From: Octopus sinensis
Taxonomy: Eukaryota
Direction: 5' to 3'
Length of the DNA stretch: 64,000 nucleotides
Assembly: GCF_006345805.1 (NCBI RefSeq)
Contig: NC_043000.1
Span: 74,896,001 to 74,960,000 of the forward strand
Shown here in pieces: positions 35,928 to 48,489 of the stretch. A program made the position numbers and the translations under genes. The notes beneath the pieces are model-generated. The model worked only from the letters and a program-made list of their open reading frames with translations. It did not search any database and was not told the origin of the DNA. How positions within the stretch are numbered: the first letter of the stretch is position 1; every line of letters begins with the position of its first letter.

Positions 35928-38027
35928 ATGGCGACCCCCGTCGCCGTACAGATGAATCTGCATCCGATTATGAACTGGGATTCTAGTGATGTTGTTGAAG
36001 AATTTTAAAAATTCAAACAAAAAGCTCAACTAGCTTTCAAAAGTTTCCTGAAAGGCACAACTGACGATGAAAAGGTAAGTTACATCCTTTTATGGTCAGG
36101 TAATAAAGGAATAGACCTATACAATAGCTGGGATATGTCAGAATCAGACTGCAATGACCCAGATACACTTCTTGATAAATTTGAGAGGCACCTAGAGCCC
36201 AGGTCAAACCACAGAATTCAGAGATACGAATTCCAGGGCCTGAAGCTAGCCCCACAAGAAACAATAGACAATTTCCTGTCAAGACTGAAAAATGTTGCAG
36301 AGAAATGCAAATTCAAAGACAGGGAGGAGAGAATTGTAGACCAATTAATATGGGGGTGTGCCTACAAAGAAGTGCAAAAATCCCTCATAGGTAAGGACGC
36401 TCTCCAGTTGGTAGAAGCAGTAGACACTGCAAGAGCATTTGAAGCCACTACCAAACAAATGGCCTCACTAAGCTTACAAGCAAGCCCACTAGATAGCAGT
36501 GTAGATACTGTATATAAGGACAGGACACAAACCCAAAACCAAAGAACATGCCGGTACTGTGGTACAGAGCATGAATTTAATGACCGGAAAAAATGTCCTG
36601 CATTCGGTACACACTGCAAAGGATGTGGAAAACTGAACCACTGGAAAAAAATGTGTAGGATAACAAAATCCCAGAGATACAAGCCCCAAGTTTCAAAGAG
36701 GAGCAGAAATAGAAGGGATATACATGCACAACAACAGGAACAAAGCACCTCAGAGGAGGAATTCTTAGCAATCGGCATAATAAATGTGCATGAGAAGGGA
36801 AAGGACGACCGAAGGAAAGAAGATGAGGCATACACGACGATAAAAATTCAAAAGAAGGCCGGAAGGAAAAGAACAAACATAGACTTAAGGCTGAAGATAG
36901 ACACTGGGGCCCAGAGTGATATCTTGCCTGTCGGCTTATACAAGAAGATGTTCCCAGAAAATATGACAGAAGAGGATAGGGTCAGGAAAGGAATCCTCAC
37001 ACCAAGTGATGTAGTCCTCACTGCGTACGGAGGTACCAGAATCCCACAACTGGGGAAAACAACAATAAAGGGGACACACAAAGGGAAATCAATCGAGTGT
37101 ACATTTTATGTGACAAGAACAGAAGGCCCAGCAATTCTTGGACTCGATACCTGCAGGAGGTTAAATATTGTGTCGGTCAATGCTGAAGTGAAAGCAGCTC
37201 CAAGCAGGATTAACAGTGATATGCCTATCAAAGACCAACCACCAATCACAAACAAAAAGGAGATGGAAGGACTAAGCAGAAAGGTCCACCAGATTGTAAA
37301 TGTGACAACCAATAAGCGCATGTACAAAGACATAGAAAAGTACAAAACCTCACAACAAAAGAAAGACATAGAAAAGCACAAAACCTCACAACAGAAGGAG
37401 GAAATGATATCTGGTGACATCCCAAGAAGGCCATGGCAAACTATTGGAGTAGATCTATTCACAGAAGGCCAAGAATGGTATTTAATAATGGCCTGCTACT
37501 ACTCCAAATTTCCATTTGTGAGAAAAGTGAAAGACCTGACAGCCAAAACAATCACTACAGTGGCCCGAGGACTCCTAGCAGAGCAAGGAATACCAGAGCA
37601 GATCATATGTGACAATGGAATCCAGTTCACGTCACAAGAATTCAAAAAGCTAGCCGATGAGTATGGGTTCAATATTAAAACTTCATCTCCACACTGCCCC
37701 AAAAGTCATGGGTTTATAGAAAGACAGGTGCAGACAGTGAAGAGAACACTAGTCAAATGCCGGAAGACTAGAGAAGACCCACACCTGGCACTTATGTCCC
37801 TACGAGCGACTCCACCGAGAGCTAATATGAAATCCCCAGCAGAATTGCTGAATGGCAGGAAGTATAAAACTACCCTGCCAACTAAGATCCAACCTCCTAT
37901 TGACCAGAAAGAAACAAGGGCAAAGCTAGCAGCCACTCAAGAACGAGCACAGAGGCATCACAACAAAATGCACAATACTTACCTGAGATACTTGGAGGAC
38001 AACATGTGCATACTCAAGACCCCATAA
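35928..38027 (+). pseudogene. Gag-protease-integrase fusion ORF (premature TAA at 36006; open from 36135)
   Basis: Double zinc knuckle CRYCGTEH..CPA..CKGCGKLNHWKKMC; protease IDTGA; integrase GVDLF, ICDNG, GFIERQVQTVK; no YxDD. Confidence 0.88.
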
Positions 38028-38350
38028 CTAAAACATGGATCCCAGCAAAGGTTGTCAGTAGAGCTGAAACTCCAAGATCAAATATAATAGAAACAGAATC
38101 TGGTAGGCAGCTGAGATGCAACAGGGCCCACATCCGCCCAACACCAGAGCTACCGAGGAAAACGTGTACAACACACCTCAGACACCGGTGCGAAGCAGAA
38201 GATCCACCAGATGGAGAAAGAACATTCTGCCACCGGTTCGATACCGCTAAAGAAAAAAAAAAGACATGATGACAATCCATAGAGCAAGGGAGACTACTCA
38301 TAGTTGTCTTCACTGCCAAGAGACCCCTTTTTTTTTTCAAGAAGAAGGGA

Positions 38351-38564
38351 TGTTACACATTCATATCTGTGTGTTTGCGAATGCCAAACTACTCCATACT
38401 CTTGGCACTATTTGTTAGTGAACAATACAAACTGTGTGTTAAGTAAACAATGTATCACTACACTGTAATGGGTCGTGCATGTAAGTAACGTCAATAAACA
38501 CGATAAACATAACAATGGTTTTCAACTGGTTGTCTTTCCCAATACAACAACTACACGCATAACA
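38351..38564 (+). repeat. 3' LTR
   Basis: Direct repeat of 35591-35804, preceded by the PPT and followed by the TSD. Confidence 0.95.
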
Positions 38565-38723
38565 CCCTGAAATGGCCATAGGGAATGTAAATATGGTTTT
38601 TTCCTCTTTTTTGCTTGAACACTGGCTTATAACTATAGGTTTCCCTTATCTGAAAAGTATTTTATAAAAAATTTTCCAAATGATGAACTTTTATCTTACC
38701 GTATATATTACTTATTTATATGC

Positions 38724-38780
<57 letters not shown>

Positions 38781-39163
38781 TTATTTATATACCTATATAT
38801 TTATATGTTACTTTATACTTTATATTTTTACGTATTTATTATTCTAGGTGTTGTAATGTTTTTTAAAATAATATATATTTCTTAATCGCTAAAGTATTAA
38901 CTTTTAACCGTGATGAACTGTATTCACACATTTTTCTCGCACTTTCTTATATGCTTGTACAGATGAGTTATGTTTCATCTTCCGTGATGTTATACATGTA
39001 TATTCTATGATTAAATGTTCGAGATATGAAATGTTACGTGGATGACCCTGTATTTGTTTGTTCTGCAACTATAGTTTGATATATTTGTCTCATTCAATTG
39101 AGCACTTCTATAGCAGTCCTATTAAACATTTTGTTCCTGATAAGAAACAATCACTGAATATTG

Positions 39164-39240
<77 letters not shown>

Positions 39241-39253
39241 GTATATTTATATA

Positions 39254-41139
39254 TTTTTTTTTCTAGTTTCAGCTCAGAGCTGCGGTCATGCTGATACACC
39301 GCCGTTTTATGCTACACTGTTATTACGAAGAACCTCCTCTAATATGTGGCACTTGGTGAAGAATAGAGTTTGATATAGCTACTCTCATTTGCACCTCTTG
39401 CCGTGAGGTAGGTTCATATGGGACTCTCGAGAGGAAGATTTTCAGCTTTGATTTCAAAACCGCTACATCTACTTTGTGCCAGTTCCTCAGACTCTTTGGC
39501 AGAATATTAAAAAGCTGTGGGCCTTTGAAACCTAGGCTGTTGCAGAAGCTGGTCCTGAAGCGTGATGGCATTGCTGGGATCTTTGGCACTATGCAGTGTC
39601 GTCCCGTTCTAGCATTGGTGTAGCTTACAATGCCAAAATTTGGCACAATACCTTCCAGGATCTTCCAGACATATATTACTGCATATTCTCCCGTCTTCTC
39701 TCCAGAGAGTAGAGTCTTAGCTGTTTCAACCTTTCCCAATAGCTGAGCTGTTGCAAAGAGACGATCTTCTTTGTGAATCTTCTCTGGATTGCTTCAAGGT
39801 CCACTGTCAATTTCACACTGGTGGGTGACCATAGCTGTGAACAGTAATCCAGGCGGCTGAGGGCGAATGTCCGTCAGAGGACCATCATGGTTTCCTTATC
39901 TCTGGTTCTGAATGTTCTTAGGATCCATCCAGCCAGTAGTCTGCACTTTGTCGCCATCCTGGTAATGTGCACATGGAAAGAGGTATCCTCACTCATGTCG
40001 ATACCCAGGTCCCACACCGACTTGAAATTCCCTGTGGAAGGTTGTATCCTGTAAGTTTTATATTCAGTTTTGGATGCTGGTAGCGCAGAGCCTGGAATTT
40101 TTCAGCATTAAACTGCATATTATTATCCTCAGCCCATCTGTAGATTGAGTCCAACTCCTGCTGCAGGTGTGCAACATCGCTGGGATTCTGTATTTTCTGC
40201 GAGACTTTTGTATCGTCTGCATAGCTGCCAGATTGGCTATTCGGGCATTTGAGGGCATATCTGAGAGGGCCACTACAAAAAACAGTGGTCCGAAGACAGT
40301 GCCCTGTGAAACACCGCTCACTATTTGTGTGTTCATAGAGGTGGCTACATTAACCACTACTGCCTGACTCCTATCTTTCAGGAAGTCATGCAACCACACT
40401 CCAAGTTTTCCAGCTATGCTGAGGTCAAGCAGTTTGTGGCATATCATACCATGATCCACCTTGTCAAAAGCTTTTGCAAAATCAAGGTAGATTACGTCCA
40501 CATTTGATTTGTTGAGTAACTGCCTCAACACCTACTCATAATGTTGTAAGAGCTGGGTCAGGCAGCTCCTACCTGGTCGAAAACCATGCTGGGTATCACT
40601 CAGCAAGTTATTTTCCTCGAGGAATGCGATTAGTTTCTTTCTGACTATCCGTTCCATGACTTTGCTGATGTGTGAAATCAGAGAGATAGGCCTATAGTTT
40701 TTGGCATCTGCTCTACTTCCCCCTTTATGTATTAAGCATATTATTCCCTCCTTCAGCTTGCTTGGCAGTTTGCCATTTGTAAGAAAGCTCTGGAAGAGAA
40801 TCTTAATGGGTTGTGCCAGGGATTGCTTACACGCTTTGAGGAGGATTGCTAGGAAACCATCTGGACCAGCAGTTGAGTTTCTGTCCATATCATCTATGGC
40901 TCGTAGGATATCTTCTTTGCTAATGTTAATAAATTCTACTGTAACAACCTCGCTGGTTATAGGTGAGGAGGCAAAGAGATCTACTGGTTCGTTCAATTGT
41001 CTGTTTAACAACGGAGTGGTAAAGACACATTAGAACTGGTCATTCAGCATCTCACTGATCTTAGTTGGACTGTCTGTGAGGGAGCCATACATTTAGAGGA
41101 TGGGTCCTATCTTGCAGTGCACTGAGAATGTTTCTTTCG
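39254..41139 (-). mobile_element. CR1-like LINE, subfamily B, RT half
   Basis: ORFs 40532-41011, 40064-40531 and 39323-39739 (GPDG, YRPISL, QHGFRPG, YLDFAKAFDKV); near-identical to 19840-20697. Confidence 0.92.
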
Positions 41140-41225
41140 TATAGTATATATATAAATGTTTCAATATGTATAATTATATATATAAATATATAATTCTCTC
41201 TCTCTCTCTATATATATATATATAA

Positions 41226-41273
<48 letters not shown>

Positions 41274-41711
41274 TTTAAATATAAATAATTATATATATAG
41301 ATATATATACTTCAATATATATATATAAATATTTAAATATGTATAATTATATATATATATATATATAAATATTTAAATGTGTATAATTATATATATATAT
41401 AAGTATAAATATTTAAATATGTATAATTATAAATATATATATATATATAAATATTTAAATATGTATAATATATATATATAACAATTTAGGAATGGCCTTA
41501 ACAGGCCATTCGTCCACTAGACAGAGCAGCCATAACTCTAACCGCAAAGTAATATAATTCGGAAATAGGTGTAAAATTAAAAACGTTTACCCTAATTCAT
41601 CTTTTAGACGATGCATCGTTTCTGGTAGTGATAAATTTCTATCGAATTTTTTACTACCCTAAATTGATTAATATATTATAATATATATATATATATAATA
41701 TTTAAATATGT

Positions 41712-41765
<54 letters not shown>

Positions 41766-41926
41766 TTTAAATAGTATAATTATATATATAATATATATAT
41801 ATATATATAATATATAATATAAATATTTAAATATGTATAATTATATATATATATATATATATATATAGATATATATATATAAATATTTAAATATGTATAA
41901 TTATATATATATATGTAAATATTTAA
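41140..41926. repeat. (TA)n with AAATATTTAAATATGTATAATT minisatellite units
   Basis: Read directly; an unrelated ~190-bp insert lies at about 41481-41670. Confidence 0.8.
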
Positions 41927-42337
41927 ATCATCATCATCATCATCATCGTTTAGCGTCCGTTTTCCATGCTAGCATGGGTTGGACGGGTCAACTGGGGTCT
42001 GTGAAGCTGAAAGGCTTCGTCAGGCCCAGTCAGATCTGGCAGTGTTTCTACGGCTGGATGCCCTTCCTAACGCCAACCACTCCGCGAGTGTAGTGGGTGT
42101 TTTTTATGTGCCACCTGCACAGGTGCCAGACAGAGTGGGGCGAACGGCCACGAACGGATGGTGCTTTTACGTGTCACCGCACGGGGCCAGGCGATGCTGG
42201 CAACGGACACGAACGGATGGTGCTTTTACGTGCCACCGACACGGTTGCCAGACAGAGCTGGCAAACGGCCACGAGCGGACGGTGCTTTTACGTGTCACCG
42301 GCACGGGGCCAGACAGAGCTGGCAAACGGCCACGAAC
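41927..42337 (-). mobile_element. RTE LINE 3' UTR fragment
   Basis: (CAT)n tail and GGTGCTTTTACGTG.CACCG repeats. Confidence 0.85.
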
Positions 42338-44509
42338 AAAAAAGATTCCTGCTCAGCAGCTGCCCTTTCAACAACACGTTGGTGGTTTGTGGTACGCACT
42401 ACGTCTGCGTACCTCCGTTTTGGGGCAGGTGATGCGTGGTCCATCCCATTTCCTTTCGGTGGTTGGTTTCTGTGGCAGGGTCCCGGATGTGCAAAGCGGC
42501 AGCCTGCACCCTCCTCTCCATTCCGGCAGGCACCTTTCAGGTAGTAGAACCTACATACCGTGTGCGCTGCCCGTTTCCATCCTTTTTGGCATATGGATAG
42601 TTAGGTTTGCCTCTATCCCTGGCTGCCTTGCCCCTTGGCTTTGTCTGTGTTTTAGCTTCAGTTTTTCTTCCTTTTTTGGTTTTTTCACCTCCATGTCTAT
42701 GGCTTTTGGTGCTGGTAGGAGCATCCGCACCTGGGTTCATCTCCCGGGCAGGCCTCTCACTGGAGTTTTCTTCCTGGGCGTCTACCAGGTGGGGGTGACC
42801 CTCCTCATCAGCGCCCGCGTCTCTATCCTTGCTATCTTTACTTTGTTCGCGTTTTTCGCTGTCAAAAATGGCATCCAGCGTGTTAATGTGCGATCTGACA
42901 AGTGCGTAGGAGCGTATAAATTCTTGCTTCTTCCGCTCTATTTGTGCTGACGTCCTTTTGTATCCGTTGTTCTTCAGCGCAGCCGTAATTATATTATTTG
43001 GATTTTCTCCGTCAGCGCATTGCCATCCTCGCAGGAACCACGCCAGTTCGTCACGTTTCCAGGTTCTGGACATTCTTGATATTTTATCTATCTATCTGTC
43101 TATCTAATTATATTATATTAATTTATATTAATCTAATAGGCAATAGGGGGTCGGGAGGAAGAAGTAGAGAAAGGGAGCGTCTATGTACTAAGGAGAAATT
43201 GGGAGCCGAGAGTAAGAGAGGAGAAGGAAGAGGAGAGACTGAGAGCTGAAGGAAGAGAGAGAGAGAAGCGTCTATGTCCTTATATGTATCCGAGAGAGGA
43301 GAGTAAGTTGGAAGAGAGTAATGGAGAGACAAGGAGAAGCGGGAGGGGGAGAGAACTGAAGAGATAGGAGGAGAAGGAGAATATAGAGAGAATTTATATA
43401 TTTGAAAGAGGGGAGTAAGATAGAATGAGATTATGAAAGAGACAAGGAGAAGCGTGAGGGAGAGAACTGAAGAGACAGACAGAGAGAGAGAGGAGAGAGG
43501 GGGAGAATTCTAAACGAAGCTATTTGTACACACACATACACGCGTATACATACATACATATACACACAATACACATGTGTGCACATGCACATATATAAAC
43601 AGTAGTACCAAGTAAGTATATAAAGAAACAATAATAATAATAATGAAATAGCTGAAAGAAAACAATCCAAGAGATTTACAGAATTTAAGCAGAGAAAAAG
43701 AGAAAAGAAAATATGTATTTGTCCGTCGCTACAGACAATGTCTCCTAAAATAAAAACTATTTGCGACTATACTTTAACACAACATTATACATACACAGAG
43801 ATTTTACAGAATTTAAGCAGAGAAAAAGAGAAAAGAAAAATATATATTTGTCCGTCGCTACAGACAATGTCTTCTAAAATAAAAACTAATTGCGTCTATA
43901 CTTCTAACACACACATATACATACATATAGATATATTATTATTTTCTGTTTGATAGAACACTAATGATAACAAAATAAATAATATCTACCTTACCTTACC
44001 GGCTGAGAGAGTACTTACGCAATTCCTTTTTATGAGAAAGGAAGATAGATAGACAAAACAGACCTTTTATATTCCTTAAGCGTATTTTGGAAACAAAAGG
44101 GATTTGAGTTTCGATTTAGCACGTGCAACAGTTTGAGGAATACTTTCTGTATTTTCCTAAGCGATTTGGTATTAAGCAGCAAATTTTTCAGAGGCTTTTT
44201 TCAGAACACGCAGATATACATCAAAAACGAAAATATCCTGTGTCTTGTTGATTCACAGACGAAGAATAAAATTCACTTTGATTTCGGGAAAGTAACACAC
44301 GTGCGTTTTAACACGTGTATTCGCGAGTATTTTCTAGTTACAAAATACTATATCAAAAGCGAAAATATTCTTCTCAAATACAGTGACTTGTACTTTCACT
44401 TATATTCGCTTTGCAGACAATTTCGGTTCTGATAACATCGATCTCTGGAAGGACTTCCTTACTATTTAGGAGAGACACGTTAACACACTTGTTGTTAGTT
44501 CAGCGCCAA
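42336..44509 (-). mobile_element. 5' half of a CR1-like LINE (probably subfamily B): ORF1 plus distinct 5' UTR
   Basis: ORF 42537-43073 (MSRTWKRDELAWF..GYKRTSAQIERK) is homologous to ORF1 at 47503-48435; upstream sequence runs to (TA)n at 44510 and includes a ~122-bp tandem duplication (about 43670-43900). Confidence 0.75.
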
Positions 44510-44536
44510 TATATATATATATATATATAATATATG

Positions 44537-44568
<32 letters not shown>

Positions 44569-44904
44569 ATATATATTCTATATATAATATATCTTATCTA
44601 TATATTTCTATATATATATATATATATTTATATTATATATATAATATATATATTTCTATATAATATATATATATATATTTCTATTATATATATATATATT
44701 CTATAGATATATATATATATTTCTATATATATATTATATATATTTTTATATATATATATATTTCTATATATTTATATATATTTCTATATATTTCTAATAA
44801 TATATATATATATATTTTATATATTTCTATATATATATATATATATATATTATCTATATATATATATATATATATATATTATTTCTAATATATATATATA
44901 TATT

Positions 44905-44937
<33 letters not shown>

Positions 44938-44956
44938 ATATTTCTATATATATATA

Positions 44957-44997
<41 letters not shown>

Positions 44998-45124
44998 TTT
45001 CTATTATATATATATATATATATTTCTATATATATATATATATATTATTTCTATATATATATATATATATATATTTCTATATATATATATATATATATTT
45101 CTACTATATATATATATATCTATA
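44510..45124. repeat. (TA)n microsatellite with TTTC interruptions
   Basis: Read directly from the sequence. Confidence 0.95.
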
Positions 45125-46423
45125 TGATGATTGATGATTGATTGTGATTGATTCCAGTTTCAGCTCATGAGCTGTGGCCATGCTGGGGCACCGCCATGGT
45201 GTGTTGCTACTTGGTTCACTTCATGGAGGCTTTCTAGCAACTGCTATTTGGTGCATGAGAGAGTTCGATGCAGCTGCCCTCATCTGCCCCTCCTGCCGTG
45301 AAGTTGGTTCATCTGGGACACCTGACAGGAAGAGATCCAGCTCCATTTTAAAGACATCTGCATCCACCCCATGCAGGTCTCTCAGGTTCATCGGGAGGAT
45401 ATTGAAGAGCTGTGGGCCTCGGAAGCCTAGGCTATCACAGAATCTTGTCCTACATCTTGATGGCAAGTTTGGAGTCCTAGGCACCACGCAGTGGCGCCCA
45501 GTTCTGGCGTTTGCGTAACTCTCGATGCCAAAGTTCAGGATCTTCCAGATGTATATTATGGCATATCTTTCCCGCCTACGCTCCAGGGAATATAATTTTA
45601 ATCTCTTGAGTCTTTCCCAGTAGCTTACATTCTGCATAGAGGCTATCTTCTTCGTGTAGCTTCGTTGGATCGCCTCAAGTTCTGTGATCAACTTGACGCT
45701 GGATGGTGACCATAGCTGAGAGCAATAGTCAAAGTGACTTAGGACAAGTGTCTTCCAGAGGACCATCATGGTTTCCTGTTCTCTTGTTCTAAAGGTTCTA
45801 AGAATCCATCCAGCCAGGCGTCTGCATTTCACTGTCAGTTTAGCAAACATGTACATGAAAGGTCGCGTCATCACTCATGTGAATACCCAGGTCACGCATG
45901 ATTGTGCCTCTGGGATTGCAATCCCTCGGGTCCAGTGTATTCCTTGGGTATTGCATTCAGTTTTGCATGCTGATAGTATAAAGCTTGAAACTTTTCAGCA
46001 TTGAACTGCATGCTATTCTTTTCAGCCCACTTGTAAATTTCGTCCAGCTCATATTGCAGGTGCCTAGTGTCTTCAGGGTTCTGTATTACCTGTGAAACTT
46101 TTGTATCATCTGCATAACTTGTGATCGTGGCTCTCCGCGTGGCTGAGGGCATGTCTGAGAGGGCCATTATGAACAGTAGTGGTCCCAAAACAGTGCCCTG
46201 TGGAACACCGCTCACTATTGCGTGCTAATGGAAGTGGCCCCATTGGCTACTACCGCCTGACTTCTATTTTTCAGAAAGTCGTGAAGCCATTCTCCTAGTT
46301 TTCCAACTATGCCAAGATCACGCAGTTTGTGACATATCATTCCATGATCGACTTTATCGAAGGCCTTTGCGAAGTCGAGATATATGACTTCCACATTTGA
46401 GTGGTTGAGCAGTTGTTTCAGCA

Positions 46424-46523
46424 NNNNNNNNNNNNNNNNNNNNNNNNNNNNNNNNNNNNNNNNNNNNNNNNNNNNNNNNNNNNNNNNNNNNNNNNNNNNN
46501 NNNNNNNNNNNNNNNNNNNNNNN
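46424..46523. other. Assembly gap (100 N)
   Basis: Run of N. Confidence 1.
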
Positions 46524-47502
46524 CAGACATTTTTCGATTTCCAACAGTTTTATTTTTAGGCGGGACTTTTCACTGCTTTCAATCTGTTTGTTTAGGCGAT
46601 TTGAAAATTTTGTACGCCGTCTCATTAAAATTTTCCTCTCTCTGGGGATTTTGTTCTTGTGTACAGTGGCCTTTCTCTCTGGGACACATTGTAGCATATG
46701 GCTTGCATTACAGACATGAATTGTTGAGTTTCATTCGATGTCTGGCGAGGAGAGACGTTTAGGCCATTTTGTTTGAGGATCTCTTTCTCAATTTGTTTCC
46801 ATTTGCCTTATGGTAGTTCAAGCTGGAAAGATTCTGAGGGTTTCTTGTAGGCTGAATGTCCGTGCTCTCTTTTGGCCCGTACATGGTCAGCTCTATCATG
46901 TTGTGATCCGAGAGTTGTGTCGGTGTCACTTTCACATTATGGATGAGATCCATGTCATTTGTGAAGCAGAGATCCAGTGTGTTACCTGCCTGGTTGCTCC
47001 ATGTACAGGGTGTTTATGAGGTTCAGGAGGACCTCGCCTGTCTGGTTCAACGTCTGTCATTCCTGGGAGAGAAAGGCCCTCGGCCATCTGACATTTGGCA
47101 GATTGAAGTCTCCCATAAGAAGTACACTTATGTGTTGTTCTAATGTGGTTAGAACTTCTTCTATTTTTATAAGGCAGTCTTCAAACTTGCCCACATGGCT
47201 TGGGGCATCTGGAGGGCAATATGTGCACACACAACTACATAAGTTGCCTAATATGTACAATTAGTGTGTCACACACACCGAGTTTGAGTATGACAAGAGG
47301 ACCTGGGGTGTGAGGTCCTCACGATGTACATAGCAACACCTCCATGACTCCTTTCTTTCCTGTCGGTCCGTAGTACAGCATACTGTGGTATGTGTAACTC
47401 CGCATCTGCTATATCCGGTTTCAGGTGCGTTTTCCGTAAGTTGCTATGCATAAGGCTTGATTGCATGCAACAAAATCTCTCAGGAATGGGATTTTTGTCC
47501 TG

Positions 47503-48435
47503 TTATTGAGTGTTTGCAGTCCTCTGATGTTCAGTAGGAGCATCGAGGTGAGTGTACGTTGTTGCCGGCGGTGTCCATCCTGGGTCTGTTTGTTGTGGTG
47601 GTCTGGTATATTGTGGGTAGTCCCACCTGCAGGCTTGGGTTTGATGAAGCCAGGTCAGCTGCTGTACAATCTTTTGTGCCATGCACAAAAAAGATTGTTG
47701 CTCAGCAGCTGCCATTTCGACAACATCATGTTGGTGGTTTGTGGTACGCACAACATCTGCGTACCTCCGCTTTGGGGCAAGTGGTGCGTGGTCCATCCCC
47801 TTTCCTTGTGTTGATGGTTTGTTCATCTGCCTCGTGTCTCTGTGGCAGGGTTCCCGATGTGCAAAGCGGCAGCCTGCACCTTCCTTTCCATGCCAGCAGG
47901 AACCTCTCAGGTAGAACCTACACACCCGTGTGCTCTGTTTGTTTCCATCTTTTGCGGTTCCACTTCTATTCGTGGTTTTTTCACCCTTTGGTCCTGCTTG
48001 AGCTTTTCCTTTATCTCTTCCAGTCCTTCTTTTAGTTCTTCCTCCTCCCTCTACCTCTTCACCGGGTTCTCCATCTCCATGGCGCTTGCTGCCGGTTGGA
48101 GAACTTGCACCTGGGTTCACTTCCCGGGCAGGTTTCTCATTCAAAACCTCCTCCTGGGCGTCCACCAGGTGGAGGTGACTTCTTTCATCGTCTCCATTCT
48201 TGCCATTTTTTCCCCGCTCGTTCTCAAAGATGGCATCAAGTGCGCCAATGTGCGACCGTATAAGCGCATATGAGCGCACGAATTCCCATCTCTTTCGCTC
48301 CATCTGAGCCGCTGCCCTCTTGTAGCCTTTGTTCTTCAGCGCAGCCGCAATCACCTCGCTAGGGCTATCTCCGTCGGCGCACTTCCAGGCTCGTACGAAT
48401 AAATCTAGTTCGTCAGGTCTCCATGCTCTGGACAT
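47503..48435 (-). CDS. LINE ORF1: N-terminal Myb/SANT-like trihelix domain plus CCCH zinc finger (the C-terminal end may be frameshifted)
   Basis: AWRPDELDLFVRAW..EVIAAALKNKGYKRAAAQMERKRWEFVRSY and CRFYLRGSCWHGKEGAGCRFAH. Confidence 0.75.
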   Translation of the reverse strand: MSRAWRPDELDLFVRAWKCADGDSPSEVIAAALKNKGYKRAAAQMERKRWEFVRSYALIRSHIGALDAIFENERGKNGKNGDDERSHLHLVDAQEEVLNEKPAREVNPGASSPTGSKRHGDGEPGEEVEGGGRTKRRTGRDKGKAQAGPKGEKTTNRSGTAKDGNKQSTRVCRFYLRGSCWHGKEGAGCRFAHREPCHRDTRQMNKPSTQGKGMDHAPLAPKRRYADVVRTTNHQHDVVEMAAAEQQSFLCMAQKIVQQLTWLHQTQACRWDYPQYTRPPQQTDPGWTPPATTYTHLDAPTEHQRTANTQ

Positions 48436-48489
48436 GCTGGATGATCTGTCTATTTGTTTATCTATCTAACTATGTTCGAGAGAAGACAA

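Larger units (their letters stand above)
35591..38564 (+). mobile_element. Ty3/gypsy (Mag-like) LTR retrotransposon lacking RT and RNase H
   Basis: 214-bp TG...CA LTRs; 5-bp TSD CCCTG (35586-35590, 38565-38569); PBS; PPT AAGAAGAAGGGA at 38339-38350; gag-PR-IN ORF. Confidence 0.95.
32309..39160. mobile_element. Penelope-like element with inverted pLTR arms, each arm interrupted by another retroelement
   Basis: 32309-34902 (without insert 32924-34552) is the reverse complement of 35177-39072 (without insert 35591-38564); GIY-YIG on the minus strand in the centre. Confidence 0.88.

Noticed and set aside
41979-42950. 323-aa plus-strand ORF
   Set aside because: Runs antisense across the RTE tail/CR1 ORF1 junction with no recognisable domain
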